A stretch of 64,000 nt of DNA from Lophium mytilinum. Taxonomy: Eukaryota. Location of the stretch: the NCBI GenBank assembly GCA_010093605.1, contig MU004192.1:380882-444881 (forward strand). The letters run 5' to 3'. Below the pieces are notes generated by a model that made no database searches, was not told the DNA's origin, and saw only the letters and a list, made by a program, of their open reading frames with translations. Shown here in pieces: positions 25,066-38,170 of the stretch (the first letter of the stretch is position 1; each line of letters opens with the position of its first letter). The position numbers and the translations under genes are program-made.

Positions 25066-28000
25066 AGGCTTGGTTTGGCGGAGTGACAATGAAATGAGCA
25101 GTTTTGAGTAGGAAATGTAGACAGGCTTACGGGCGTGACTGAATTCAGGAGGCTCTGCTGTATTAATTTGCGCCCTGCACTAGCTCGCACCGATTGAGAG
25201 CATCATATCAAATGACGTGCCTGAGTCCGACTGTCTCACTATCCAGGAACAACGCCAAAAGGTCCGTAATTTCCGACAAGGTGTGAGTTCCACACCTCAA
25301 CAATTATCGACTGGTCAACGGGCGTCGGTTCCTGGCGGTAGTCAGACGGCTCAACACTCACCGCTGGGAGATTCGACGTGTCATGCAGGGGGAACTCGTA
25401 GTGGTGTAGGTCTAGAGCTGCGGATTCGATGCTATGTGCGTCGGCTGACTTCTTCTGATATCAGAGAACTTGATACCGTAAGGCTTAATGTTAGCGTTGA
25501 TAAGTGACGGATATCGCGGGCTGTACCGAGCCGCCCGCGGGCTAGATATCTTCACCGGAACATGCCTAAGTGCTAGGCGGCGTCTGCATGCGTCTGGGGA
25601 TGGGCATGTGCTGTCCTCGCCGCATGACTACGGCAAGACATCGTGGCTAGTACAAATGAGGTTGGATTACCTGCAGGCAGCTCGGCAGGAGCGAGCATGC
25701 CTTGCAAGAGCGGGGTGACGACTCGGCCGGGGATCTCAACTCTCTCGCATAAATACTTCAAAGTTCGGATTTGGCTTTCTGCACACCGACAAATCCGTCT
25801 TATCGAGAAGAATCGGCCCCCGTGACTGACGCAGCTTTTGCTCCAGATAGCGTTATCCCTCGATGGTCGCACAAACAACTCACCGCTTAGCAAAATACCA
25901 ATTTCGAGCCTGAAGGCACAACCCGGATCCCTGAAGCGCCACAAGAGTGCACGCACTGAATGTCAATAGTCGGGATGATGTTCCCATGCATACAGTGCAG
26001 CTGATCTTGGTGTGGAATACCGGCGGTAGACCTGACTTCCTTGCCATTCCCATACGGTTACCTAGCGCATGCATGACGCAGGGAAACCTAGGCGTAGTGA
26101 GCGAGGGCGCATCGAAAGGTTTCGATGATTTATCGAATCAAAGCTCTTTGGCCGGATGCTGGTCTCTGAGCTTCCGGTTTCACCAATGTCGAAAGAGCTT
26201 TAGGTCCGCTTCGGAGTCTGAAAAGCCCTGGATAACGCTGCCACCTGTAAGCCGGATCTACAGTCGCGGATCCATCTGGAGTTGTGTGTTTCGTTTCTCC
26301 ATGTAGCTTGGTCTGCCTAATCAGGTGCATGTATCGAGGGACCGGAAACCCCGGAAAGATTGCAAGGCAGGATAAGGACTTATGACTGCCCTGAAGAGTG
26401 AGTTGCAGGCGGACGGAGACTCGACGGGGCTGGCTACAACCGCAGACGTGGCTCTGGACCGCTCTTGGGGGAGCACGGGCATGAAAGCGGACAACGCTAT
26501 GCTGAGCACTTTGGGCTCCAGTATGAGCCTCGTAAGGAAGACGCTATGACCTGCGAAGCTGGTCCATTCTCTTAGGTGGTTCGGCGAAAGTCTCTAATCT
26601 TCATGTATATACAAGCGAGACGAAACTTTGGTAGTTGTAGACCGTCCGATTCCACGTAACCAAATTCGACAAAGTAGATGGCTGGAAGGTATCAAATATG
26701 CTTTTGGCTAACCGCAAACGTGGGCTGATTTCCGGCCTCGTTTTCCCCGAAGCTGCAACTGATCATGCAGATATTACGAGGCATGGGCCTCACTACTGAT
26801 CACAGCCATGCCAGGGAGCCAGATTCTTTCCCTCGAAACATAGGATTGGCCGGAAGGCACCTCGACGCCTCGGGACAGGGGAAACTTCTAGCGGGGCTTG
26901 ACAGCCCTTGAACTATTTGCTAACATTGGAGGGTTCCGAGACAAGCGGTGAAGACTCGAAGCATGCCCAGTCTATCAGAAGTATCCAGTGAATTTCAAAG
27001 CTGCCCCGTACTGGCTAGGCCTGGGTGTAGAGAGGCGCTAGATCCACCGGCCTATCCAGCGCGATAACCTGAGTGCAGGAATAGGAGAGTTTGATCGTGA
27101 AGGATCCGCTGCTGCATCATGCAGTTGAGTATTTCTAGAGCCCTTCCAACGGTGTTTTCGACAGCCCTTGACGAGTCGGTAGATGGCAGGCCACTTCTGC
27201 ACTGCGGGAGATGCACAGGCGACAGCACGCCCGGGAAGCCCCACTGACAGGGGGAATGTGGATTCCGGGGAATGGCAGCGCGCCTTTGCAACAAGCCTCT
27301 TTGACATGGTGAGCTGGACAGTACTCTAACCTTAATGGACATCCACACTCTTTTATCGCAAGCCTCACAGCCGCGCGCTCGTTTCAGCATCAGATGGGCC
27401 CACCTTCTGAGGTCTCGGGCCGCCAATGACCAGTGGAGTCTGAACACGACTGTGTAACCCGCTGACTCGCTCGCTGTTCATTTCAACCGTATGGTGGGCG
27501 GCCAAAGATGTCTCCGACTGTAGGCGCGAGTACATAATGGCCTGGTGCCCAAGGACTCCGTCGCTTCCCGAGATGGTAATCTCAATTGAATAACTTCCCC
27601 AGGCCAGTTGAACGCAACAGTAACCTTGCTGGGACGCCTCAGACGGTACCATTCCAGTGTGCAGACTTGCCCTAGAGAACTCTTCATCCGAAGAACACAA
27701 GATGGGACGGCCAGGTAAGTCGCCTTTGAGATTACATAGCCGGTACGTACGGTGTCACGGAGAAGTTACTGACAATAAGAAGAAGGGGCTGACCATGCCG
27801 AAACGTCCGCAAGAGAGTCGATCGAAGGAGGCGTACCTGGGATTCCGCGAGACGAGGATAGACTCACGATATATCTCCGTACACACACATCGGAGGTAGA
27901 TGTGTCTGAAATCAGGACGCAGGCAATGGCGTCTGAGTCTTGTTGGCCACGCAGATCGACGAGCCCTACGCATCAGACTGGAGGAGGTACGTACATATAT

Positions 28001-28921
28001 CGTTGGCTCAGTCCTGATTGAAGCTCTCCACTAATCATCGTGTGGTTTTAGAGGCCCCTCAACGCCAGTCTTCGGTTCATGGAGAAGCTGATTCTGGATC
28101 CAATCCTCGCTCCGTCGTAAGCGAGTCGGAAGGCCATACGAACGGGTACCATTCACCTGGGGATCATGATTCAGCTCATGATTCGGCTCATGCTGGATCA
28201 TGGTCTGGAAACAATGACAATGGAGAAGGCCTAGAGGGAGGGTCTTCCAACGATTCAAATACAGATGGCGAAGAATGAGATCTCGGCGCGTACAGTGGCA
28301 CAGTGCATTGTCATAGATACCCGCATACCCTCCTGGTAGGATTAGGTGAACACAAAGTGGTAGTCCAGTTTGCTGCCGTCTGAGGTGGCCTAGAGGACTA
28401 CCGGGTCTGTCAAAACCGTCGTTTTCAAGCTTCCGATGTCGTATCAGAAGACCTCAAGCGGTGCCAGGCAAGTGTACGTAGTCCTAAAGTGGGCATATAT
28501 CCAGAGGATCGGAAATCTAGAACATTTCCAATCTGCATACGCCCGGTTGACGCTGTCTGGGGTAGCCTCGCCATCTTCGTCGTTGTCCAAAATGCCAAAT
28601 TTCTCTCATACTTGGAATGATTAAAGTACTGGGGGTCCTCGTGCACCGGTACTGACTGTACGAATTTCTGTGACGATGCATTGTATGTTTGGACAGCTAC
28701 GGGTATAGTTTTCCGATATCCACAAGGTAGAAGGGCGCCTCTCAGCTAACTGCAGTGTATAGAGAGAAATCAAGCGTCGACGATTACTAGGAAGGGAGCC
28801 ATTCGAAAAACTCATCCCATCCATTCCTATAGCCATGGAATAAGTTCCGGAGTAACGAAAGAGTCGATTGGTCTGATGTTTCAGGGCAGCTTCAAGGTTT
28901 ACTTTGCTGGCAACTGTCCCG

Positions 28922-29400
28922 TTACATGGCCACCGGTCCAGGGTATCTAAATATCACCGTTAGGCACCTTGCGAATCCTTCTTTTATACTCTCCATGGTT
29001 GTTTGTTTGCTTAGTCTTATCGTCTCTTGATCACACGCGTCTTTTGAATGCACTTGCTCGTGGATTGGCCTGATTGGTTGTCGCCATCGCTTGCATACCA
29101 TGCAGAAGGGGAGAAATGATGCCCGAGGCACCCGACAGTCTGGCACTGCATTCTCCCGTCCACTATCCCAATGGATGTCCATCTCTTGCTGCCCAAATCT
29201 GCTGTGTTCATTTCGACGAGCCTATCCCGTTGAGTGTAGCAGAGAGATGCCTTGCGCCTCTGCAGCCACATACGAACAGCGAACATACTGCAGGACATTG
29301 ATCTCAGGTCACAATGGCTGCGACCAATAGCGCGAGTGCGTTTCATGCAAGAAAATATATTGAGGCAAGGCTGAGAACGGTGATGGTGGATTGGAGGACA
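28922..29400 (-). pseudogene. Possible F-box-like gene relic
   Basis: One frame gives SPFSALPQYIF... and ASFLPFCMVCKRWRQ, interrupted by TGA/TAG stops. The resemblance to the F-box consensus is loose. Confidence 0.3.
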
Positions 29401-30217
29401 AGGCTGGAGGTCACGATAGAGCTGTCGGGCCGCTAGTCCTTCCGAAGAACTCTGGCTGCTCACTAGCCCAATCTTGTATCCAACGTCATCCCTTGGAACA
29501 TAGAGTCGGGTTCTCCCTGCTTGCTTCTTTCTTCGATGGCCCTGAAGCCATCTCCTCGTGTTGCTATCTAATCAGAGGCGTCTGAAGCTCATGTGAAACT
29601 CAGACGTAGGACGCATATTTTCACAACCTTATGATCCCCTTCATAAACTGTATTACTATAGTTCTACTCCTAATATGTTGTTTTACTCCGTTTGATTTTG
29701 TCCGAGAGCTGATAAATACACCACCCTTCGGTCTTACCATGATTTTCTGCATTGCTTACAAGTAGCGTTTAGCGTTTTTGAACCCGGTATTCCGATCGCT
29801 AGTGCATCGCATCCGTAGCAGGATAATTTTGCCTTCAGCAAACACTGCAAACAAACACATCATGATTAAGCCAAACACTCCTTTTCACTGGACTCTCTGG
29901 AGGCTGTTGGAGCATTGGAATAACACTTTCGGAGTACAATGTTCTGTGTCGATGGACTCAGAGGAGCTACGATTTCTCAGCAGCAAAGATAGAAGCATAG
30001 GTCAGCGATCAGTGTCCCAATGTGGTACTGTAGATGGTATATGTTCATATATATACCGTACTCACGTCTATCAAATTTCCATCTTCACCCTTCCATCCTG
30101 TACTACATCAAACCACCACCTGCTTTAACCGTTTGCTTTGCTTCATCATCCCCCTTGATTTCATTTCCATCTTATACAGATCAATTAAATCATCACTTCC
30201 AGTCCAACCCACTCACA

Positions 30218-31408
30218 ATGGCCACCACGTTCGCCGCAGCTCCCGCAAAGTCCCTCCTGGGCCGCCATCGTGTCCTCAGCCCCTCCGCCTCCGTCCGCGT
30301 CAGTCCCCTCTCCCTCGGCACCGTCAACTTCGGAACAGCCTGGTAAGTACCTCCCCTCCTATCTGCCATCCAGCACCTCCTAACGCACCACAGGAACCAA
30401 CTCCTGGGCGAATGCACCAAAGAATCCGCCTTCGCCATGCTCGACTACTTCTACTCCCTCGGCGGCAACTTCATCGACACCGCCAACCACTACCAATCCG
30501 GGCAAGCCGAGTCATGGCTCGGCGAGTGGCTCAAGCTCCGCAACAACCGCGACGAGATGGTGCTGGCGACGAAATTCTCCTCCAGCGCCGTCCTCGGCAC
30601 CGAGAACGCGCCCGAAATTTTGTCCAACTACAGCGGCAACAGCACTAAGTCCCTCAAGCACTCGCTCGAGACCTCGCTCGCCCGCCTCGGGACCTCGTAT
30701 ATCGACGTGATGTACGTGCATTGGTGGGACTTCACGACCTCGGCCGCGGAGCTGATGCGCTCGCTGAACAACGTCGTTCAGGAGGGCAAGGTGCTCTATC
30801 TCGGCGCGTCGAACATGCCGTCGTGGTTCGTTGTCAAGTGCAATGCTTACGCACGCCAGCACGGCATGGCGACGTTCGTGGTGTACACGGGTCAATGGAG
30901 CGCTGCCGACCGTGACCTGGAGCGCGAGATCTTCGATATGTGCGCGTCTGAGGGAATGGCTATCTCGCCATGGGGCGTGCTCGGGGGTGGAAACTTCAAG
31001 AGCGCGGAGGTGGCCGCGAAGGAGGCTGCCGAGAGCCGTATGCAAGTCTACCCGCCAACGGTGGCTACCAAGCAGGTAGCAGAGGCACTCAGGAAGATTG
31101 CTGCGGCACGCAAGACGGTTCCGACCTGTATTGCGCTTGCTTGGGCCATCCAGAAGGAGCCATACATCTTCCCGATTATTGGAGGGCGGAAGCTGGAGCA
31201 CATGAAGGCGAATATCGAGGCACTTAGTATCGAGCTTACGGCAGAGGAGGTCAAGGAGATTGAGGCCGCTGCGCAATTTGATCAGGGCTTCCCGAAGAAA
31301 ATAATGAACTTTGGGGGTCCGTTCAATGGGCCACAGGATCTTGCGCTCATGACTGGAAACCACGATTATGTTCCAGCGTTGAAGGCTATCGCATCTCACC
31401 ACATCTAG
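30218..31408 (+). CDS. Aldo-keto reductase (aryl-alcohol dehydrogenase / NorA-like)
   Basis: SVRVSPLSLGTVNFG, GGNFIDTANHYQ, LATKF, YIDVMYVHWWD, GKVLYLGASN and IIGGRKLEH; catalytic D/Y/K/H present. Intron at 30343-30393. Confidence 0.9.
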
Positions 31409-31822
31409 TTGTTTGAAGGAAGCAAGAGGGCTTGGATAGAGCGTTACTGTAGTCAATAAGAACTGGATCTAGCACCGACTTCCTTAGAAGGCTGACTGAG
31501 TAAGCATACCATCACACCTTGCTGACTCGTTTGCTTCTTATAGTCGGGCGGAACATCTGCTAGATTGACCTAGACGGGAAATGAAGCCTCATATTTGTCG
31601 TCAAGGTTTAGAGTCTTTCCCGACCATGACTATCACTGTGATGACAGTAATTTGGTTCGCGAGTCTCTAAAATGTTCGTTAGCAACAATCGCCCAGAATG
31701 AAGGTAGCGAACACACTCTCCAGCTTTCGCTATTTCCTAGTCAAGTCTCGACAGGCACCTCTCAGTGAGAGTAAGCGCCGCAAAGTCGCCCACGATTATT
31801 GCACATGTCTCATGTGCCCCAA

Positions 31823-33851
31823 TCAGTCTTCCATTGCATCTATATCATGGTCTGAAATGGCGGACGATAATGGGGACGAAACAGCTTCATTGGCAGCGCG
31901 AGGCGTCGAAGCATTGCTTGGAAGGCTCGGTAGGTCATCAGATGCTATCCGCTCGTCAGTACTATAGATCGGAATCATTGTCGAACGAACTACGATCTTG
32001 CGAGTTCGTTTCGATACGCACATAGTTCTAGTATTTCGACCAATCCCAGCAATCTCTCCTGGCTCAATTTCAGGATATCCTTTGCCACAGCCTCCTCGCT
32101 CGTCCTATGCTGCTTTCTTCGTGCATCGCCGTATGCCTGCGCCTGTCGGGCGGCAACGCCATTCTCCACGGCCACGCGTAGTCCTTTTGAAGGTTGCAGG
32201 GCATCGTTTTTCATCATTTGTATGAAAATTGACTCGAAGATTAAGCTTATCTTTGCATTATCTCCGTAACTGTGGGTATTTGCAGCAAATGGTAGGTAAT
32301 GCTCCTCGAACTGGGACTGGTTTGGCAAGGGATAGTATTCCGAAGGATTCGTCAGTAGCAATGGAATCAGAAGAGTCGTGTTCAGCCTCGATTGGGCCGC
32401 TGGGTCTAGTTTGGAAGTGCTGAGAAAAATACTGAATACTGAAGTTGGTAGTGGCCGAAGGAACTCCGTGTAGAGATCAAACAAGTCATCTGCCGTTGAG
32501 AACGGGGCCGGTGAATATAAGTTCTTGGCTTTATTGAGATGTCCAGTAGCGGCGGCTACATCCACAAGCTATAACTTGGTCAGTCCAGTCATTCAGAAAG
32601 GGTAGTCCAGTATCTTACAAGACGAAGTAACCGTTGTCGTAACACGATTGCATCCATTCCACCCAGTCTCTCTATTGGGTCCCTTGCCTCGCTGTCAACT
32701 TCATCCTCCTCGGAGGAATCCTGCGAAGAACTAGACGACTCTCTCTGTCTCGAAACTTTCCTCGACGGACGAGTCCACACTCGCTCAGCTGTATCTTCCA
32801 TCACGGCGTCTTCATCATCAGAAACATCGTAATCTCCGAACTCGTCATTATCGATATCGAGTGGTTTCTGGACTTTGGTTGCTGCCTCGTCATCCTGCTT
32901 CCTTTCTTTCGTCTCATCTTTGAACACCTCGGTGAATTCTTTCATTGCTTTCGAAGTGCCATCTGCTAAGATTGCGCGTAGGATCCTTCGTCTTGTAGTC
33001 CGGCTTTGTGGGTCTTGGGAGGCTATGTAGCGCCAAATTAGAGTCGTTGTATGATCGTCGTTGCTAGCGGTAGAGAAAAGAGGCATCCGCTTGTTCCAAT
33101 CAGCTTCGACAATGTCGAGCATAAGTTCCAGCCACAGTTTCCACCTCTCCCATCTACCTTTATGAGCCACCGAACAATTGAATGCCCAGCCAACTATATG
33201 CCAGAAGTCTTCCGCTCTTGCCCATATAGACCCCGCATTCGCTACGTTCGTTGTGAGTTTGGTCTCCCCAATGCCACCATCCGGGGATTCGTCTCCTCTA
33301 CTCCTCCCACCTCGGCGCGTCGAGCCCTGAACTGGAAATGCAAAAGCACTCTGGAGAGTATCGCTGGAAGGATCCACGACTTTGCTCACATTGCGTAAAT
33401 AGTGCAGCGCAGAATTGGCAGCCTTTTGCTTATCAAAAGACTTGGCCTTTGTAGTGAGAGAGGGATATACCATGAGCGTTGAGGCGAGTGCGAGGTATTG
33501 TGAAGGTGGAAGCAAGGCTGGTTGGGGATTTTCAGGTGTAGAGATAGAGTTTCCGGCGACGAGGAGACTGTCAAGGAGCGTAAAGCCGTCGAGGTCTTAG
33601 ATTAAGTATTAGCGAAGCCTATATGAGGAATTTGAAAGTGTACATTGTTGGCCATCCAGATACACGAGCGAATGGGTTCGCAACTGGTAGCTTAGAGGCT
33701 TAGCGGGGCGATGGAGAGGCGCCTGTGGGTGGTGGGATGTAAAGTCATCTGAAACCGGCTCTGGGTCCGACCCTAGAGGACTCGAGTCGTCCGGAGTCAA
33801 AAGTGACGACCGGCCCTGTCGGGCTGTGACGAACGATGCGGGCGAACTCAT
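31823..33851 (-). CDS. Uncharacterised ~617-aa alpha-helical fungal protein, 4 exons
   Basis: Introns 33596-33643, 32569-32618 and 31945-32021 join the ORF pieces in frame (1,854 nt). It has conserved-looking blocks (LALASTLMVYP, DFWHIVGWAFNCS...RWERWKLWL, YLPFAAN...DNAKISL) and an acidic linker. No family recognised. Confidence 0.7.
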
Positions 33852-34135
33852 GATGTTGCTGTTGGTGCGTTGAGGACGAAACGGACGCGAATTACGCGCA
33901 GAGGTTTACGTGATCACATGACATGTGCCAAGAACGCATGCTCCCCCCTGCAGGTGAGGTTCGATTTCCCCTCGAGAAATCGCCCATTCTCTCTTGGATT
34001 CGACGATGAACGAAACCCAATCAGGATGTAGGACGCTTACGATGATTCGATTGCACGTTATGCCTGGTCAAAACCCCTGAGGTCTTCAACGCGGATCGCT
34101 ACTTCATACCTCATACAAGTCGTGTACGGTCAAGC

Positions 34136-35285
34136 ATGATAGCACTGGGACGCATCTACCGCCGGCCATTGGTAGCGATATTAATATTCCTTGTGTTCGT
34201 ATATTATAAGCTCTCTACTGGCTTCGCAGTTGTGGGTTCTGACCTGCTCAGTTTCCATGAGAAAGGCTGACAGTCCACAGAGTCCGCATGGAGTCTTCCC
34301 TCGACCACGATTTACCCCGGGTGTATCTAAGTCAGCGGATCACGAATATACACGGACGCTTGTCATCGCCCGAACATCCTCTGAGGATGTGAGCTGGATA
34401 GAGAAGGAGCTTGGCTCATCCCCGTCCTTCCAAACGGCTATTTACACTGTCGACGCCCCGATACCTCCCTTCACGGTGCCCAAAAACAAAGGCCGAGAAG
34501 TCATGCCGTACCTGACGTACATAATTACACACTACCAAAACCTCTCTGATGTCACGATATTTATGCATGCGTCACCCGTGGCGTGGCACAATAACGATCT
34601 TCTAGACGGTTCATCGCCGGTGATGCTGCGTGCGCTGTCCTCACATAAGGTAGTGCGAGATGGGTACTTCAATTTGAGATGCCACCAGAGCCCTGGGTGC
34701 TCTGATCAAGTCCACCATTTAGGGGCGGAATTTGGGATCGAAAATCCTAAACTTGCGGCGTTTGCGATGGCATGGACCGAAATACTACCTGCGACACCGA
34801 TGCCGAAGGTGCTAAGACAGCCCTGCTGCTCGCAATTTGCAGTCAGTAGGGAGAGAATCCGAGCGCTACCGTTGGAGCAGTATGGATTCTTTCAGGACTG
34901 GGTGCTCGCGACAGAGTTGACCGACGCACTGTCGGGTAGGGTATGGGAGTATCTTTGGCAGTATATCTGGACTGGACAGCCGGAGCTCTGTCCTGAGGTG
35001 CATTTATGTTACTGTGACGGGTTCGGGTTGTGCTTCGGCGGCGAGGAGCAGTACAAGGCATATATCACCCTTGGGAGGGAAAAAGGGAACCTGGAACGGG
35101 TTATTGAAGACGACAAGAAGATTGGAAACGAGGAGGCGCAAAAGCTGGTACAGGCGCCGAAGAGGATCGTTGAACTGAACGCGAAAATGAAGGAAGTCAA
35201 AGAGGAGGCCTTTGAGAGGGGTAAAAATCCCAAGAAGAGAGCAGCGGAAGCGGGGAGGCTATTGAAAGACGGTGATGGCTATTGA
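34136..35285 (+). CDS. DUF3431-like type II membrane protein
   Basis: N-terminal anchor MIALGRIYRRPLVAILIFLVFVYY with a probable intron ~34232-34280 (boundaries uncertain). VPKNKGREVMPYLTYII, TIFMHA...WHNND, GYFNLRC, QPCCSQFAVSRERI and SGRVWEYLWQYIW motifs. Confidence 0.75.
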
Positions 35286-35939
35286 ACGAACGGCCAATTT
35301 CACGACAAGATCCATAAAACTAGGTCATGTGGTATTGATGGGTGAATAGACTTTCTGTAGCCTTTCCTCATCCAGCTAGACCTGACGAGACCAATTTGGC
35401 AAAGGTGCATGTATACATACTATGTAAAGAAACACGGCCAGTCAGGGAGCGTTAACGGCGGCTATCGAATTGTAGGAATGCCATGGCCCAGATGCGGCTT
35501 CGGTATGCGACCCGCGCAGGCTGGAGGCGGTGAAGGCCGAGTGGAGCCAAGCCGCATTTCGCTGCAAAGCCGTTCTCGTTTCCTGCCAGAGACGACGTCA
35601 AGGCTCGTCGATCGTGCGCGATTTGGCGGAGGTGTGGCAGACGAGTCTGCAGCTCCTCCCACACCAGCCTGCAGCTATCTCACCCCAGCATCGCCCGCAC
35701 TCTCAGCGCTGCAGAGATACGACGCCATCGCATCCTTCACCCGCGCGCCCACACTGCTGCTTCAGTCACGCGGCACGCTCGCCTATCTCTCTGTCTGTTG
35801 CGCGGCGCCTCGAAGCCTACCTTTCATTGCCTCGCTGCCTGGATCTCCTCTCCTCCCCACCACCCCTCCCCGATTCAAAGTCGGTTTTGTGGCAATTACG
35901 GAGCCTGCAAGAGCTGGGCGAAGAGGACAAATAGACATC

Positions 35940-36788
35940 ATGACAAGGAGAATTGTTTACGGAGTTGGGCTATGGATTACCATTGCGGGTGAGTTTTGTC
36001 ATTACATCACAACAAGCGACTGTTTCGCTGAGATATATCCGCAGCCACCGCGATGACCATAGCCAGTATCGTAATGCCTCGATGGCTTAGCTACAGTTCT
36101 GTACGTTCAACCTGTCTCGTACTTCATTTACCAACGTTCACTCCTTTTTCTCTACAATTCGGACGCTCCGTCACACAACCCCGCTCCGTATTCACAGCTA
36201 ATATCTTATAGGAAGGAACCCGCCAGTTCTCTTACGGACTTCACCGCCGCTGTTCGAGTGTGACCGGTGAATGCGATCACTTCCCACGGTTCGAAGACTG
36301 CACTGGCGATAAATGGTCGTTCTGTAGCATGTGGCGGACCGTCGGGTTTTTGATGTCATTCGCCGTCATCCTCGAACTTGCAACCCTCACGTCCTATGCG
36401 ATCATAATCCTAGGCGGAAAGCAGCGACGGGACAGAGGCTGGAAGGTTGTGTGCGCGTTCCTGGTCGTTTCGGCATTGGTGGAGCTTGTCAGCATGGCTC
36501 TCGTGGTGAGTGTTGCGCCTTTTACATGTTCCTTCGAAAAACCCGCAGTGTCTATTCTCTCAGCCTTCAGAAGCTAAAAACTAACTGCTCTGATAGTCCT
36601 TCCTCTTCGACCATGACGACAGATTCTTCAACGGCTGGTACCTCGACAAATCCTGGGTCCTTTGCACCGTCAGCTGGAGCATGCTCGTCACAACCGCGGC
36701 TGGTGTAGTCGCCGCAGCGATATATCTGCCAGAAGAAGGAGGCTATGAGCTCATCCCCAACGAGGGCTATGGGATCGGATCTCCGTGA
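35940..36788 (+). CDS. Claudin/PMP-22-like four-TM membrane protein, ~196 aa, 4 exons
   Basis: Introns at 35989-36044, 36101-36211 and 36506-36596. W...YGLHRRC...C..FP...C...FCSMW extracellular loop, four hydrophobic segments and a C-terminal EGGYELIP. Confidence 0.75.
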
Positions 36789-37624
36789 TGCACAGAGATC
36801 AAGATGGGTGGCTAGCCCTGAATGTTATTGTGCATGCATAGACTTTTCAGTCGGCGTTGCGATATACCTATTTTCTATTCGAGTACCTTAGGGCGGGAAT
36901 TGTTTGACATCGGCGTTCAGGCGAATTATGAACTTCAGGCATTCTTACCCCGTAGGTCGTCGGTTGACACCTTTGAGAGGTCCGAGATACCACTTTCGCA
37001 GCTATTTGCTCTTTCCCTAGGCTCCTAAATTGAAATGGTACTGTCGCCGCTCGATACAGTCCTCCTTTTGACTCGTCGTGACATGGTTCAGCGCAGGTCG
37101 AGCTTTTCATAATCTAGAACGGCTAACGCTCTACTTTGCCAGTGAAATGCGTCGGGGATTGCATCACTCACATATATCTAATATGCGCAAAGATCATGTG
37201 AAAAGCTGGGTTCTGGAGAGTCCACGAAGTGCCATCCTCCAATCCGAAACCAAGCCATCAAAGAATCCGTATCATAAAATTTTCTACGTGCTATACAGTT
37301 CTTCCAAGATTCCAAAGTACTTCGTATATACACTTACGGATTCCTATTTGAATAACTTCAATCGCCGAAACCAATTGCCCCCCTTCAAGTGAATGATGCG
37401 TCTTTCGACAGAAAGAAAAGAGCAACCCAAAGCATGCTAGCAACCCAAGAACCCAATCTCTACATATATGAAGTCGTATTCAACTTCCCGCAGCGTCAAG
37501 ATCCTCGCGTGCTGCTCGGTGGGGCAAAAATCTCGCACTAATGCTCTATGTCCACCAACTCCCCCTCAGACTCAACCATTCACCACCAAGAACATTCCAA
37601 AACATAAAAAGCAAAAAGAAAACG

Positions 37625-37711
37625 TTCCGGTACCGGGAATCGAACCCGGCTCTGCCCGGATCTGTGCTTTGCAGTGAAAGCGGGCGATGCTAGCCGATAC
37701 ACCATACCGGA
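37625..37711 (-). tRNA. tRNA-Glu(TTC) with a 15-nt intron
   Basis: Minus strand reads TCCGGTA TGGTGTATCGGCTAGCATC GCCCG CTTTCA [CTGCAAAGCACAGAT] C CGGGC AGAG CCGGGTTCGATTCCCGG TACCGGA A. The acceptor, anticodon and T stems pair, A/B boxes are present and T-runs follow. Confidence 0.95.
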
Positions 37712-38126
37712 GTGGATTTTGAGAAAGCTGAAAATAATGTACAATATATAGGTTCAATAGTTTGAGATGGCTAGAATTATGAGAGCGTGGGTATTTTGAT
37801 GGACCTGAGGATTAGCGGGGCAAGAATATGAGGGATTCCTTTGATTGGATGGGTATGTTGGATGTGGGTCGTGGTCCGGGATCGTGTGGCTTTCACAGTT
37901 TCGGCACTCAAGGTTCGATGTCGACATGATGGGCAAATTCTTAAGACTTCTTTGCAGTCACTGTTTGAATAGGTAATCTGAAGGCTGCAGGTCGATTGTT
38001 AGATAATTACTTTTGTGTGCCTCTGAAGATAATGATTATTCGAGTACTTGGTGGAAATGCCAAGAATACTCCTAGCACTCAGAACTCCGGCTGACCCCTT
38101 GCAACCTCCATCTTCACTTTTTGTTT

Positions 38127-38170
38127 CATCGCCCGCTTTCACTGCAAAGCACAGAACCGGGCAAAGACGG
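38127..38170 (+). repeat. Partial inverted copy of tRNA-Glu (anticodon arm plus intron)
   Basis: CATCGCCCGCTTTCACTGCAAAGCACAGAACCGGGCAAAGACGG matches the reverse complement of 37646-37689 at 41 of 44 positions. Confidence 0.9.

Noticed and set aside
30512..31456. 314-aa antisense ORF over the aldo-keto reductase (similarly 46186-47244 and 1142-1735)
   Set aside because: Shadow ORFs caused by GC3-rich codon usage of the sense gene.
37863..37925. Possible second decayed tRNA-Glu (CTTTCAC … GGTTCGA)
   Set aside because: No anticodon, T or acceptor stem pairing, and the spacing does not fit a tRNA.
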